Assembly: GCA_001643675.2 (NCBI GenBank)
Contig: LSRY02000037.1
Coordinates: 372,001-436,000, forward strand
Direction: 5' to 3'
DNA length: 64,000 bases
Source of the DNA: Monocercomonoides exilis PA203
Taxonomy: Eukaryota > Protista > Preaxostyla
A program made the position numbers and the translations under genes. Of the stretch, positions 18,320 to 30,300 are shown piece after piece. The notes under the pieces were generated by a model. The model made no database searches. It saw nothing but the letters and a program-made list of their open reading frames with translations, and was not told the origin of the DNA. Every line of letters starts with the position of its first letter. Position 1 is the stretch's first letter.

Positions 18320-19177
18320 GTTTCTATCTTTTCTCTCTCTCTTTACTTCTTTTTTTTCTTCTTTCATTTTGCTTATTGTTTGTAGTTTTCAGCGCTCATA
18401 TTCACATTTCACTTAACACCAATTAGGAGTAATGTTGTTGATAATGACAGGGCAATTATCGCTTTCATGTTTTGCTTTTTGAGCTTGTTTTTATTGACTG
18501 TTCTTATCAACTGTTTTCTGTTTGCAATGCTTGGCATTATAAGTTTCAATGATGGTTTGTGTTTATGTATTCTTTAATTAATTAATTTTTTTATTTATCA
18601 ATTTTTATTTTTTTGTTTGTCTGTTTGTTTGTTTCATCTATTCATTATTTTTTTTTTTTTGGTTGAATTTTTCTTCATCAATTTTTTTATCTGCGATTTG
18701 TTGGTGCTGACAAAAAGTTGTAAAGTTGCTTGTTCCATGGACTTCACACACTGTCTTTTTATTTTTTGTCTCTATTTATTACAATGCCCTTTTATAACCG
18801 CCTGTTGTTGAAGCTTCTTTTCATGTCACAATCTGGCAGTGTGGCTTATAGTTGTAATCTTTATTTGCATTAGTTTAAAATGGTTTTTATTTCTTTCTCT
18901 TTATCCTTTCTTCTCTTCTCTTCTCTTTTTTAACATTGAAATTATTATTTATTTATTTCTTGTTTAATTTTTCCGTTTTTATCTTTATTGACGCTTTTAA
19001 AACGTTTTCATTAAAAATATAACTTTTTCAAAAAATAAAATTTATTTTGTTTGCTCACTTCAAAAAATAAATTTCAAATAATAATTGGTTTATTTTTGTG
19101 AATTTCTTTTTTTTTTCTTTTTTCTTTTTTTCTTTTTTCTTTTTTTTCTTTTTTTCTTTTTCTTTTTTTTTTTGATG

Positions 19178-20047
19178 TACACCAAAAATAATTCTAATTC
19201 GAAAAAGAATAATTCTAATTCGAAAAAGAACAATTCAAAATCGGAATTAATTTTTCAATTTCGAAAAAAATAATTCGATTTCGGAATTAATAATTCAAAA
19301 TCGAAAATTAATAATTCAATTTCGTTATTTATTAATTCGATTTCGAAAAAGAATAATTCAATTTCGAAAATGAATATTTTTTTGATTTGTGGAAGGAATA
19401 ACTTGTGTTCTGGGTTTTAAATTCTCTTTATTTTTATTTCATCAATTCTCTTTGTTTATCTATATTTGAAAAATGATGCATTCTCAAATAAAAAAATATT
19501 CATTCCTTTTCATTGAAAAAAATATGATTGGAGTTAATTCAAAAGAAAAGAAATTCATTTTAGAATTTAAAATTGATGTTTTTCTATTTTTACTCTAAAG
19601 AAACTTTAAACAATTATTGGGAAAACATTCTTGTTTTTTGTTATTCAAAAAATTGTGATTGATTATTTGCAATTTCTAATTGTGAATAATACAGAATGAA
19701 TCATTAGAAATATTTTTACCATTTGAGTGATGATTTTCGAAAATGAAAAAAATATTCAAAAAATTGATTTATTGATTGTTTCAATTAAAAAAAACAGTTT
19801 TCTTTGAGCAATAATATTTGATTGATTTAAAAATAATTTGAAATTTTCTGAAATTCATTCTCAAGAGAAATTAAAAATTTCAGTTTATAATGAATTTCGA
19901 AATTGAAATAATCATTTTCGAAATTGAATTATTAATTTCCGAATTCGAATTAATAAATAACGAAATAGAATTATTAATTTTCGATTTTGAATTATTAATT
20001 CCGAAATCGAATTATTTTTTTTTCGAATTTGAATAATTTTTGGTGTA
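19178..20047. mobile_element. Non-autonomous foldback-like element with long TIRs built of ~21-bp subrepeats
   Basis: Starts TACACCAAAAATAATTC and ends GAATAATTTTTGGTGTA. Arms 19178-~19378 and ~19893-20047 are inverted copies made of AATAATTC-N4-TCG-type units. No coding capacity between the arms. Confidence 0.8.
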
Positions 20048-20685
20048 TTTACACCAAAAATTATTTCACATCGAAAAATTTTCAACCGAAGTCGAAAAAC
20101 TCTCAATAGAAATCGAAATTTCAATAATGAAAAATTAATGCTTAACAAAGATAATATAAGAGGATGAAATTTTCTAACTTTTATCAATTAAAAATTTTTC
20201 AAAATATTTGTGTATATGTTTTCTGCGAATTTAGATAACATATGGGTGATTATTTTTGAAATCATATCTTTTTTCGGGGTGTTGATTTTTCTGAGATTGT
20301 TAGTTTTTTAAAAGATAGCATAAATTAAAGAGAGATGAAGCATAATTATATTTTTTAAAAAACAAATGGTTTTTCCGAATCAAAGATTAAAATGCATTCA
20401 ATAAGCCTTTTTCTTTTCTTTTCTTTTCTTTTCTTTCTTTCTTTTCTTTTCTTTTTTCTTTTTTTCTTTTTTTCTTTTTTTCTTTTTTTCTTTCTTTCTT
20501 TCTTTCTTTTTATTTTTCTTTTTTTCTTTTTTTCTTTTTATTTTTCTTTCTTTCTTTTTGATATTCAAGAAATATTTTTGCACACAAATTTTGTTTGAAA
20601 AAATAAGATATCAAAAATAATCACCCATTTAACCAATAACGAACTCAAAAATTAATTCGAAACTTGACTGTAGACATTTGTTTCA

Positions 20686-23098
20686 TTTTACAAATCAAAA
20701 AAGCAAAAATAAGTGGCTGATCCTTTGGTAAGTTCCAAGTCTATGGATCATCGACAAAAAATATTTTATATGTTTCAAACGAAAGAAGAAGTTATATTAA
20801 TTAATTTAAAATTAGTGTTTTCAGTCGAAAAAGTGTTTTTATGAACTTTCCATTTTTCATTTGATCTATCTCATAACTTTTTCTTGTTTTGAATTGGTTT
20901 GTAATTTTTGTTTATTGTTCAAAATAAACAGTCTTGAAACTTAAATGTTATTGACATCGTATTAAAATCGATAATGCTTTTCATTGCTTTCATTTTTTGG
21001 CGAACAGTTTGTTCAGCTTGGAAATAGTTTTGTTCAGGGAAAACGAGCATCAAAAGAAACATTAGAGATATTGGAAAGAACGGTTCTTGTGCTTGGGAAG
21101 CGACTGCATCTAATAATGCGGTGAAGAAAGAAGACTTATTGAAAAAAGGAACAGTTGATACTGGTTTTAACGAAATTCAGCAGCCAATATTGAACGACAA
21201 GATAACATTTTGATGCTTGATTATTCATAAATGAAGCAAAAAGACTGAGAAAAGGGGCAGAAGATGAAATGAAAGAATCGAAAAGAAAAAGTGTAAATAG
21301 AAAAGTGTTTTAAAAGAATGAAGAAAAATAAAACGATTATGTAATTGTTTGTTTTCATAACACATTTGGTTTTTTCGACGAAAATTTTCATGATTATTTA
21401 TCATTGGATATTTCTGATAATCTAATAAATGTTTGAAAAACTATACTCATTTTATTTTTATCTCAAAAACTTATTTTTTTTCGTTTTTTTCATTGCACTA
21501 AAAGAAAAATCAAAAAAATCAAACTATCTTTTCAACTCGTTCTTTTATCACGAATCTTCATTGAACGAATTGTTGCCCTCCATTATCTTTGAGAATATTA
21601 ATTTCAAAACAATGTTTTTCGTTGTTAAGTTATTGCCTTTTTAAACCTATGGTCTTTTTTGTTTATTCTAAAAAAAATTGCATTTTAAGAATTTCAAGAA
21701 ATACAAGAAATAAATGACAATTCTTGAGAATAATTAAAGATCATCAAGAAGAAAATGTATTCTATTGTATTTCACTATTCACAACGTAAGCTCAGAATTA
21801 AACAGTTACAAATCTGAAAAGTGATAAATAATTATATAATGATATTCATAATGAACTTAGTTGAAGAAGTTCATTGCCATTGAATTTTCTTAATAACTCT
21901 CTTGTTTGTTCTATCCTCCAATCAATTACAAAAATGCTCACAGTATTTTTTCATTCTTTTTGAATGAAAAGAAGAAAATTTTTTAATCCTTTTTAAATCC
22001 TTCTCAGTCAAATGAAATTCTGCTTTTCAAAATATCAATTGTACTTTGTTCAATTCTTAAATCATTTTCATTGAAATCATTTTCTCGAAACGGTCAGAGC
22101 TGAATTTTATTCCTCTTCATTTCACTTGACTCAGAAATCAATTAGTGAAATACAACAAGATTTTGTTTCGTCACCATTAAATTTCATTCCATTCATCTTC
22201 TGAAAGTTGCTGATTAACTATTAATTTTTTTTGGATGCTGTCTTTCTTGTAGAAACTGAATGAAGAAGGAGAAGGAGAAGGAGTAGGAGAACTGCATAAA
22301 GAAGTTGATTGGTTGCTGATTGTTGCGCTTTATCTGGAATGTGTGAGTGCAACTAATGATATAAATGTTTCAATTAGAATATTAATGAACTAACGAAAAA
22401 GATAATAAATTCTTTTTTGAAACAATGAACAACAGTGAAGTCAAGGCGAGAATAAAGAGTGGCTGAATACCGAGTACAATGGTCATAGCGAGTTGAGAAT
22501 TTCATTTTGCAGGCTGATTAATAAAGTTTTCTATTGCTGCTAATCATGGCAACTAACTTGTACTTTTTCAGCCTCATTGTTATCGTTGTTGTTTCTAATT
22601 CGAAATCAACCTCATCATCATATATTTCTGTCCTTTTCAGCCAAATAGCAGTTAATCACATGAGATACAAATGGAAGTTTTTTTAAAAAAAAACAAATTC
22701 TCTTATATGATATTGAATATATTGTTAAAAAGACAAAAACAAAAATAATATCAAACATATTCAATGCATAAAAATCACACCAAAAAATTTGATTTCGTTA
22801 TTGAAAGCATTATCGATTTTAATACGATGTCAATAACATTTAAGTTTCAAGACTGTTTATTTTGAACAATAAACAAAAATTACAAACCAATTCAAAACAA
22901 GAAAAAGTTATGAGATAGATCAAATGAAAAATGGAAAGTTCATAAAAACACTTTTTCGACTGAAAACACTAATTTTAAATTAATTAATATAACTTCTTCT
23001 TTCGTTTGAAACATATAAAATATTTTTTGTCGATGATCCATAGACTTGGAACTTACCAAAGGATCAGCCGCTTATTTTTGCTTTTTTGATTTGTAAAA
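20686..23098. repeat. 295-bp near-perfect inverted repeat (20686-20980 / 22804-23098) with ~1.8-kb non-coding spacer
   Basis: Arms are reverse complements with no indel (both ends sum to 43784); one mismatch seen (AAGTGGCTG vs CAGCCGCTT). No target-site duplication evident. Confidence 0.92.
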
Positions 23099-23430
23099 AG
23101 GCTTAAAACAAAAACAAAATAAATAGACTTCTAGACATTTTTGTTTTTCAGAATTCTGTTGATAAAAATTTTGAAATTTTTATATTCAAAAAGATAATTA
23201 AAATTTATATTATTTTAGGACCCAGATCAAAGACTTGCTGACTGTGAAGCGAATATTTCATATCGAACGTTTCAAGCCGCAGCATCACAATTCCACATTC
23301 CTATATTATTATTTTAACTTGTTTTTGACTTTTTCAATTAAATTTTTGACTTTTTTTCTCATTTCACTGTTTTTGCTATAAACACGATTTTTAATATAAA
23401 CAAGTGTTTGTGTCAAATTTTATTTAAATG
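23099..23430. mobile_element. Diverged solo copy of the terminus of the Tc1-like element found at 45143-47534
   Basis: AGGCTTAAAACAA...CAGATCAA.GACTTGCTG...GCGAATATTTCA...CTCATTTCA...ACGATTTTT aligns by eye with 45143-45438, and further with the reverse complement of ~47210-47534. Confidence 0.75.
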
Positions 23431-23539
23431 AAAAAATATACAAAGTCTTAATTATCGTTTATTTGTATTAAGCATTGAAATGAAAAGGAACTTTTCAAGA
23501 ATTTTAACTGAAAAGCCAGTACAGTATAGCTCGGTTATA

Positions 23540-23990
23540 CAGTCTAAACCGGATATAATCACATCGGTTTTTGCACAACTTTTTGTGATTATATCCGATT
23601 GTGATAATATACGATGCTGCTTAACACAGAAAAAAATAAAAATTAATTAACTAATTAATTAATTAATTTTGGGTCGATTTTTTCATTTTTGAAAATTCAT
23701 CAAAACGCATTTTTCAATTGCGAAATTAATTTTTTGCACAAATGTATATTATTTTTACTTATTTAAGCACATTTTAGAAAACGCGAAAAAATGAGATTTT
23801 CGATCAAAAAATGGAATTTTCATTGAAAAAATCACCCATAATGAAAAAAATTGTGATTATATATTTTCAGCCCTGTGACAATATGAGGTGAAAAATGAAT
23901 GAAAAATAGGCCAAAAATGTCGGTGCATGGAAAAATGTGACTATACACGAATGTGATTATATTCGACGTGATTATATCCGGTTCAGACTA
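23540..23990. mobile_element. Tigger/pogo-type MITE (451 bp) with TA target duplication, nested in a related element end starting at 23522
   Basis: TIR CAGTCTAAACCGGATATAATCAC vs right-end reverse complement TAGTCTGAACCGGATATAATCAC (21/23). TA at 23538-39 and 23991-92; internal repeats of TGTGATTATA. Confidence 0.8.
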
Positions 23991-24574
23991 TAATCACCTC
24001 GGTTGTAATAAAGACCGCGAATAATCACATTTTTTCGTGCATCGATAAATTTTGCATTTTTTATGAATAATTTCATCGGTTATAATCACACTAAAATCGT
24101 GAATAATCACTAAATTTGAAAATTAACGGGTATTTTTCTGTCTATTTTGAAATATTTGCAGAAATGAAAGTTGTTTTTTTCAGCTTTATAATCAACAAAT
24201 ATTTTCATTTTGACATTAAAAATTGAAAAATCGAAACAAATGTGTGAATTTTAATAAATGGGACAAAATATTTGACCTCAGGCATTTTCATTGAAAAATT
24301 ATGCACTTTTCATTGACCTTTCGAAATCAAAAAATGCAATAAGAATGGGTTCGTTTTTTGAAATACTTTTAAAGTCACAAAACATTTTGTTATAGCATCA
24401 ATGAAGTTTGTTTTCATATATGAAAATCAAATATATTTTGAAATCTGATAAAAATTCATGAAGTTATGAGAGAAACAATTTTTCTATGCCTTGTGCAAAA
24501 AAAAAGCTAGAAAGTCCGACTTTTCACCCATTTTTTGTAAGCTTGAAACCAAAGTAATTTTTCATGTTCAACTT

Positions 24575-24608
<34 letters not shown>
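24575..24608 (+). repeat. Poly(T) tract
   Basis: About 34 consecutive T. Confidence 0.95.
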
Positions 24609-24610
<2 letters not shown>

Positions 24611-24885
24611 TGATAGACATAATTATCTTGTTTTTAATAATGCTTTTTTGTAATTCACAAAAGACAATTTATTGTTTTTTGTTTAACAATTGTTTACAAA
24701 AACCTAAAAATCATTTGATTTGTTGTATTTGAAAAAAAATGACTTCAGATTATTATTATCCATGAATATGAAAAAATATTCTTTATTTTTATGCATTTGA
24801 CAGGTTATATTTGAAACAAAAGATATTCCATCGCGAATAAACATTATCCAAACAGCAACTTAAACGATTAAATACATTTTTTCAA

Positions 24886-25959
24886 TTGAAATGCATCAAT
24901 AACAACAAAAATTCTTTGAGAAAAAATAATTTAATATTTCGTTACCATAACAGAATATTAATTTTTTATCAATTAATTTTTTTGATGATTTGGACGCAGT
25001 TAACTCAAAAGAAGGTTCCAAACATCGACGAAGAATTGGACTGGAAGTCGTTCCGCCATGATGTAACTCCGTTGGCGTGGAGCGTTTTGGAAAAGCGCGA
25101 AAAGTTTGTGGAGCCAATTCCGTATGTTGTGAAGAACCCGAAGGAGCAGCCAAAGCCCGAGGGATATCTGCGTTTTGTGTGTATTTCAGACACGCACGGG
25201 AGGCACGGGCACATCAGCGGAGGCCTGCCGGAGGGAGATGTGCTTCTTCACAGTGGGGATTTCACGATGACAGGGCAAGACCGAGAGAACGACAGTTTTG
25301 CAGAGTTCATGAGAAGTGTCCCGTTTAAGCACAAGGTTGTGATTGCGGGAAATCACGACATCTCGATGGAGCCAGGGTTTTATGAGCGGTCGTGGAAGAG
25401 ATTTGGGCACAAAAAGCAGCTTGTGCCTTCGGAGGAAATTGCGAAGCTGGAAGGGTGCTGCACGTACTTGCACGACAAGGAGACATGCATCGAAGGGATC
25501 CGGATATATGGGTCACCGTATCAGGCGTGGTTTTATGATTGGGCGTTCAACTTGGCTCGTGGAGAAGAGTGCAAAAAGAAGTGGGAGACAGTTCCAGCAG
25601 GGATTGACATCCTCATCACGCATGGCCCGCCGATGGGCAGAGGCGACACGATTCCATCAGGCACGCATGAAGGGGATGTGGATCTGCTGGAGGAGATTCG
25701 GACGCGGATCCACCCGAAAGTGCATGTATTTGGGCACTTCCACGACGGCTACGGAATCAGCTTCGATGGAGAGACAGTCTACATCAACCCTTCGAGCGTA
25801 GATGAAGATTACAAGCCGACAAACCCGCCAATTGTGTTTGACTATCCGATTCCATCGTCTTCGTCTGCGCCCACATCAAAATCATCATCATCAACGATTT
25901 CTTCGAATGCTTCTTCCGAGTCCAGTCCAGATCAAACTAAAATGAAATCTGACAACTAA
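24886..25959 (+). CDS. Calcineurin-like metallophosphoesterase, MPPED1/2 (239FB)-like; true start probably downstream (~24985) or in an upstream exon
   Basis: All five metal-binding motifs present: ISDTH, GDFT, GNHD, THGPP and FGHFH, plus the family-typical GSPYQAWFYDWAF. The first ~33 codons are AT-rich and probably non-coding. Confidence 0.9.
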   Translation: MKCINNNKNSLRKNNLIFRYHNRILIFYQLIFLMIWTQLTQKKVPNIDEELDWKSFRHDVTPLAWSVLEKREKFVEPIPYVVKNPKEQPKPEGYLRFVCISDTHGRHGHISGGLPEGDVLLHSGDFTMTGQDRENDSFAEFMRSVPFKHKVVIAGNHDISMEPGFYERSWKRFGHKKQLVPSEEIAKLEGCCTYLHDKETCIEGIRIYGSPYQAWFYDWAFNLARGEECKKKWETVPAGIDILITHGPPMGRGDTIPSGTHEGDVDLLEEIRTRIHPKVHVFGHFHDGYGISFDGETVYINPSSVDEDYKPTNPPIVFDYPIPSSSSAPTSKSSSSTISSNASSESSPDQTKMKSDN

Positions 25960-27368
25960 ATTGCGTCAGCTCCTATTGGGCAACAACATCGTATCTGCTT
26001 CAAAAGAAAAGAAAGAAAGAAAGAAAAAGCTGAAGTTTTTGCGTTTCAAGGATTGTTTGTTGAAATTGTTTTGAGTTCAGGAAAATGAAATCTTTTTGCG
26101 TTGTGGCACAAAGATTCCTTCATTTTTAATGGTTGAACTTATTTTGTTTATTTTCTGAGAGAAAGTGAAAAGCTTCGAGTCTTTTACACATTTTTTCTTT
26201 TTTCACTTGATGTTGAATCTGATGGATTATTTTTTGTGAATAAAATAGACTGGTTTTTGATTGCATTTTAAAAAAATTTTTGCAAATTAGTTCTCGCAAA
26301 ATCAACATGAATGCCCATTTATTTTTGAAGAGTTTCGTTGTCAGGCGAAGGAACAATGTTCAAAATCTTTGGACAATTTGAAAAATGTATCTTCATCAAA
26401 AATCTTCGTTACAAATTTTAGAGAAATGAATAAACTCTAAATGTGTAATGTGCCTAACTTTTTTCTGGTCAATTGAAAGATAAAGTTTTCTCTGTTGGCA
26501 CCATAACATAAATAATTCAATCAAAGAAAAACGATTTATCGAAGATTCCGAGGCTAAAAAGACAAAAAAATAATTCACATGTAATTAAAGAAGCATTTTT
26601 TGTTCTTGTTTGCTTATAATGAAGGGTTTGCAAAAGTTGCAAGCGGAGAAACACAAAGAATAATTATCTGATGTTTTTTTGCAGCATATCGAATCAAAAG
26701 GAGCAAATAAATAATTTTAAAAGAAAAGACATTATGAAGTTTATTAAAAAATAAAAAAATACTTCTTCTTCAAGCATTTTTTGAGCAAATGATGCGAAAA
26801 GCCTCATTTTAGGGAATTTTTGGAATGAGAATGCTTGCACTCCATCACCTTCATACGACTCATCTCTAGTAATGAATGTTGTGTGTGCTTTTCGAAAATG
26901 TTATCGATTGTTCGAATTTTATTTATTTAATTTATTTTCTGTCAAAATGCAAATACATTCACACTTTATTGGGAGATTGAAGCAAAAATGGTTTGAACAA
27001 TCGATATTTATTTCTGTGTGACTGCCATTTCTTATGGCTTTTGCAAGGGGTAAAAAAGGTGGATTTTTTATTTTTTTGAATTTTCTTTTTATTTTTGTTT
27101 ATCTTGATTGTTCAAAAATTGCAAAGAATTCCACTCTAATTGATACATTTGCCTTATTTTGCAGAGAAACAGGTATTATTCATTTTTTTAAATATACATT
27201 TGGATTAACAAAGATTTTCATTTATTTTAATTATTTTTTTTTTTTTTTTGATTGCTTCAATTTATTAACAAAGGGTATTCAGGAATTCAAATCAAAATAT
27301 TATATCTCACAGGATCAGTCAAACAAATTGCTTCCAAAGTTGTCCTGCACTTTTTGCCTTCAAGAAAA

Positions 27369-30300
27369 ATGTGGCATCCTTATGCTTTTCGATGTTCTAT
27401 TTTGTTTTGTGTATTTTTTTCCTTTTTCAATTCGTTTGGATTCAAGGGACAAAATAATTCGAATTTTACTGAAATAAGCAGGAAGGAATACAATCCATCG
27501 AAATTGAACGATGATGAAAAGAATAATTTATTTGAAAATGATTATGAAGGAAATTTGAAGAATGATTCTGTGGAAATTCAACAGAGGAAAAATGATTCTC
27601 TGGAAAAAGCAATAATTTCGTCAAAGCTTGAGTCTTGCATTATGTTGGCAAATTCATCGATCTATTTTCACACGATAGCAATAAGAACACATTTCAGTGG
27701 AATGCCAGCACTTAATGCCGAAAGGTCGATTCTTTTTCTTTCGAATTGCCTGTTGGAAATGTTCGACAAAGGTTGTTATTCGCCAATCTGCTGTGGCCAA
27801 AGTGGAGTTGCAATGAACAACATTTCGGCAATTAATAATGGAAATTGCAATGCGTTCCCATGTCTTGTGTCAACAACAACAGCCCAAGAAAAAAGAAAAA
27901 TTGATGTTGGATTTGTTGAAATGGCTTCTTCAATCTTTTCAGACATTGTGGTGTACTCCACCTCTCCATTTGTGGGAAGCGAACTATTTTCACAAGTTGA
28001 TGTTCGCATGTGCGAATTCATGAATATTACAGCGCGACAAAAGCCAGCATTTGCAGCAAAAAGTGTATTAAAGCAAACTTTGCAGAAAAACGTTGTTTCT
28101 GGATGTTTTTTAAGCAATTGTGCCAACACGTTCGATGGAGTGATTGTCGGAGCGGAAAGGGGAAGCGGATTTGTTTCGATGAACACCACCTTTACTGAAA
28201 CCAAGAACTCATATAAAGATCAGCCTTTTACAAGTCCTTTGCCATTATTTATATCGGGAGATATTGTGTTTGTTGGATGCACATTCACCAACTGCTCTTC
28301 TTCAGATCGGAATGGAGGAGCAATCTCGTGGCAGGATCAGCCAATCTGAATGTTACAGAATGTTCATTTTCAGGTTGCAGCACAAGGAACGACAAAAACA
28401 CATACACAAGAGGAGGAGCCATATATCAAAATAACCAATTTGTTGGTATCATTGTGAATACAAATTTTTCGAAGTGTTACGTTAATTTGACATCCCAGTC
28501 ATATGGTGGGGCAATATGTTTGGCAAGTGGTTTGTTTAACATTTATGGAAGCATATTTTCGAATTGCAACACAGACAGATATTGCGGAGCATTTAATTGC
28601 GAAGATGGAATACTGCAATTATTTTCAAGTTCATTTTCAAATTGTGAATCAATTGGCTATGGTGGATCTATTCACACACACAATTTAAAAGAAAAATCTT
28701 TTGCCACAGATTGCAGCTTAACCAATTCTCACACTGAAAGCCATTCAGGTGCAATATCGCAATCAATTCTGTTGGGTAAATCAATTTTGCTTATTCAATA
28801 TTGTTTTTTTGAAAACAATTCTGCTGCTTCAAACGATGGCCATGATATTCATTACTGGAATACAGATTACTTAAAAGCGACTCCCGATTGCATAAAATAT
28901 TCCTTTTCACTTTCAAATAAAAACAACAGAGTCACAACAAATGTTGACAAAAGTGAATGGCTTCCAGACCCCAATGCAAGTCCAGATCCAATCCTTGTGA
29001 ATACAGCGAAGTCTGGAGGAGACCACAACGACTGTGGAGGAACCGATGATGAATGCCGAACAATTGGATTTGCAATGAATCAGTGGGTAAGTTTCAAGCA
29101 CCATTCAATAAGATTGGTGAGCGAACGCTTTGACGAAACAAAAATAGAAGTGGGCGGAAGAAGTGTTTTGCTGAAGAAGAGCGATGGATTGGACAGAGTG
29201 AACATTTCGAGTCACGCAGAATCCGGGTCATTGTTTCTCGTTGAATATGGATCACTTGAGATGGAATTATTTTCTCTCATTCACAGCGCAAGCATTTCCA
29301 ACAATTCATTTCTTTTTCAGGTGACTGGAATGTTTGGATTTGTGCATCTGGATAAATGTGTGATCACAAGTGATGTGCCTGATGGTATTTTCAACAGGCC
29401 TTTTCTAAGTGCTGACGAAGGCAGAATCTCTCTCGATGATTGTGAAGTCAAGAACATTGTCTTTTCAGACTGCTGCCTTTTGTCGACGAGCAACTGTGGA
29501 GAGATATGCGTCCATGGGGGAAACATCACAGAGATTGTGAGAAAAGAAGGCGATGGAGCCTTGATATCGAAAGTATTCAAAGGAGAGGAGCGCCTTGAAT
29601 GGAAAAACACAACAGTTAGTGGCTGCAGATGCTTGAATGGAAATGGAGGGATGGCTGCCTTGTCACTTGCTGAGGGAGGTCAATTGTCGATTGGGAAAGA
29701 AGGGTTGACAACAGCAATGAGAAACTGTGTGGCTAATGATGGAGAAGGAAATGTGCAAAATGGCCAAGGGAGAGGAGGATGCATCTATCTGAAGCTGACA
29801 AATGCAGCAGATGATTTTGTGATTTCGAATCCAGGGTTTGAGAATAATGATGCGCTGTTTGGGAAAGATGTATATGTGTATTCTCCAAATCTGAAGGCAA
29901 GTGTCACAAGAGAAAGAATTGCATATTACTCCTCATTATTCACTGTTGACGAAGCAATGGGCACAGATGAAGGAACACCAAAGGTGGTCATCCCGCTTGT
30001 TTATTGCCTGAGAGAAAGAGGAGAAAGAATAAATGTTGGAAGCGACGGAGTGGATGTTGGAGTGTGTGGCTTTGAAGACTATCCGTGCAAAACAATGCGG
30101 TATTCTCTCGCTCAACAGGAAAAAGTGCACAAATTGACAATTGCTTCATCGTATTCCCTTTTGGAGTGTTTGAGTTTGAGGGGAGATGAAGAATACAGCA
30201 TCAGTGGAGTGAGTGGAAAATCAGAAATAAGTGTTGTTGGAAATGGGAGCGAGCAGAGTGGAGTGATTGAGGTGATGTGTGATGTTTGCATAAGTCTTGT

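Noticed and set aside
19178-19380. CRISPR-like array
   Set aside because: Units are contiguous degenerate tandem repeats without unique spacers, mirrored in an inverted arm, in a eukaryotic context with no cas genes.
20990-22800. Transposase or gene inside the 295-bp inverted repeat
   Set aside because: Only short stop-ridden stretches with no recognisable motif; possibly decayed coding DNA, but unsupported.
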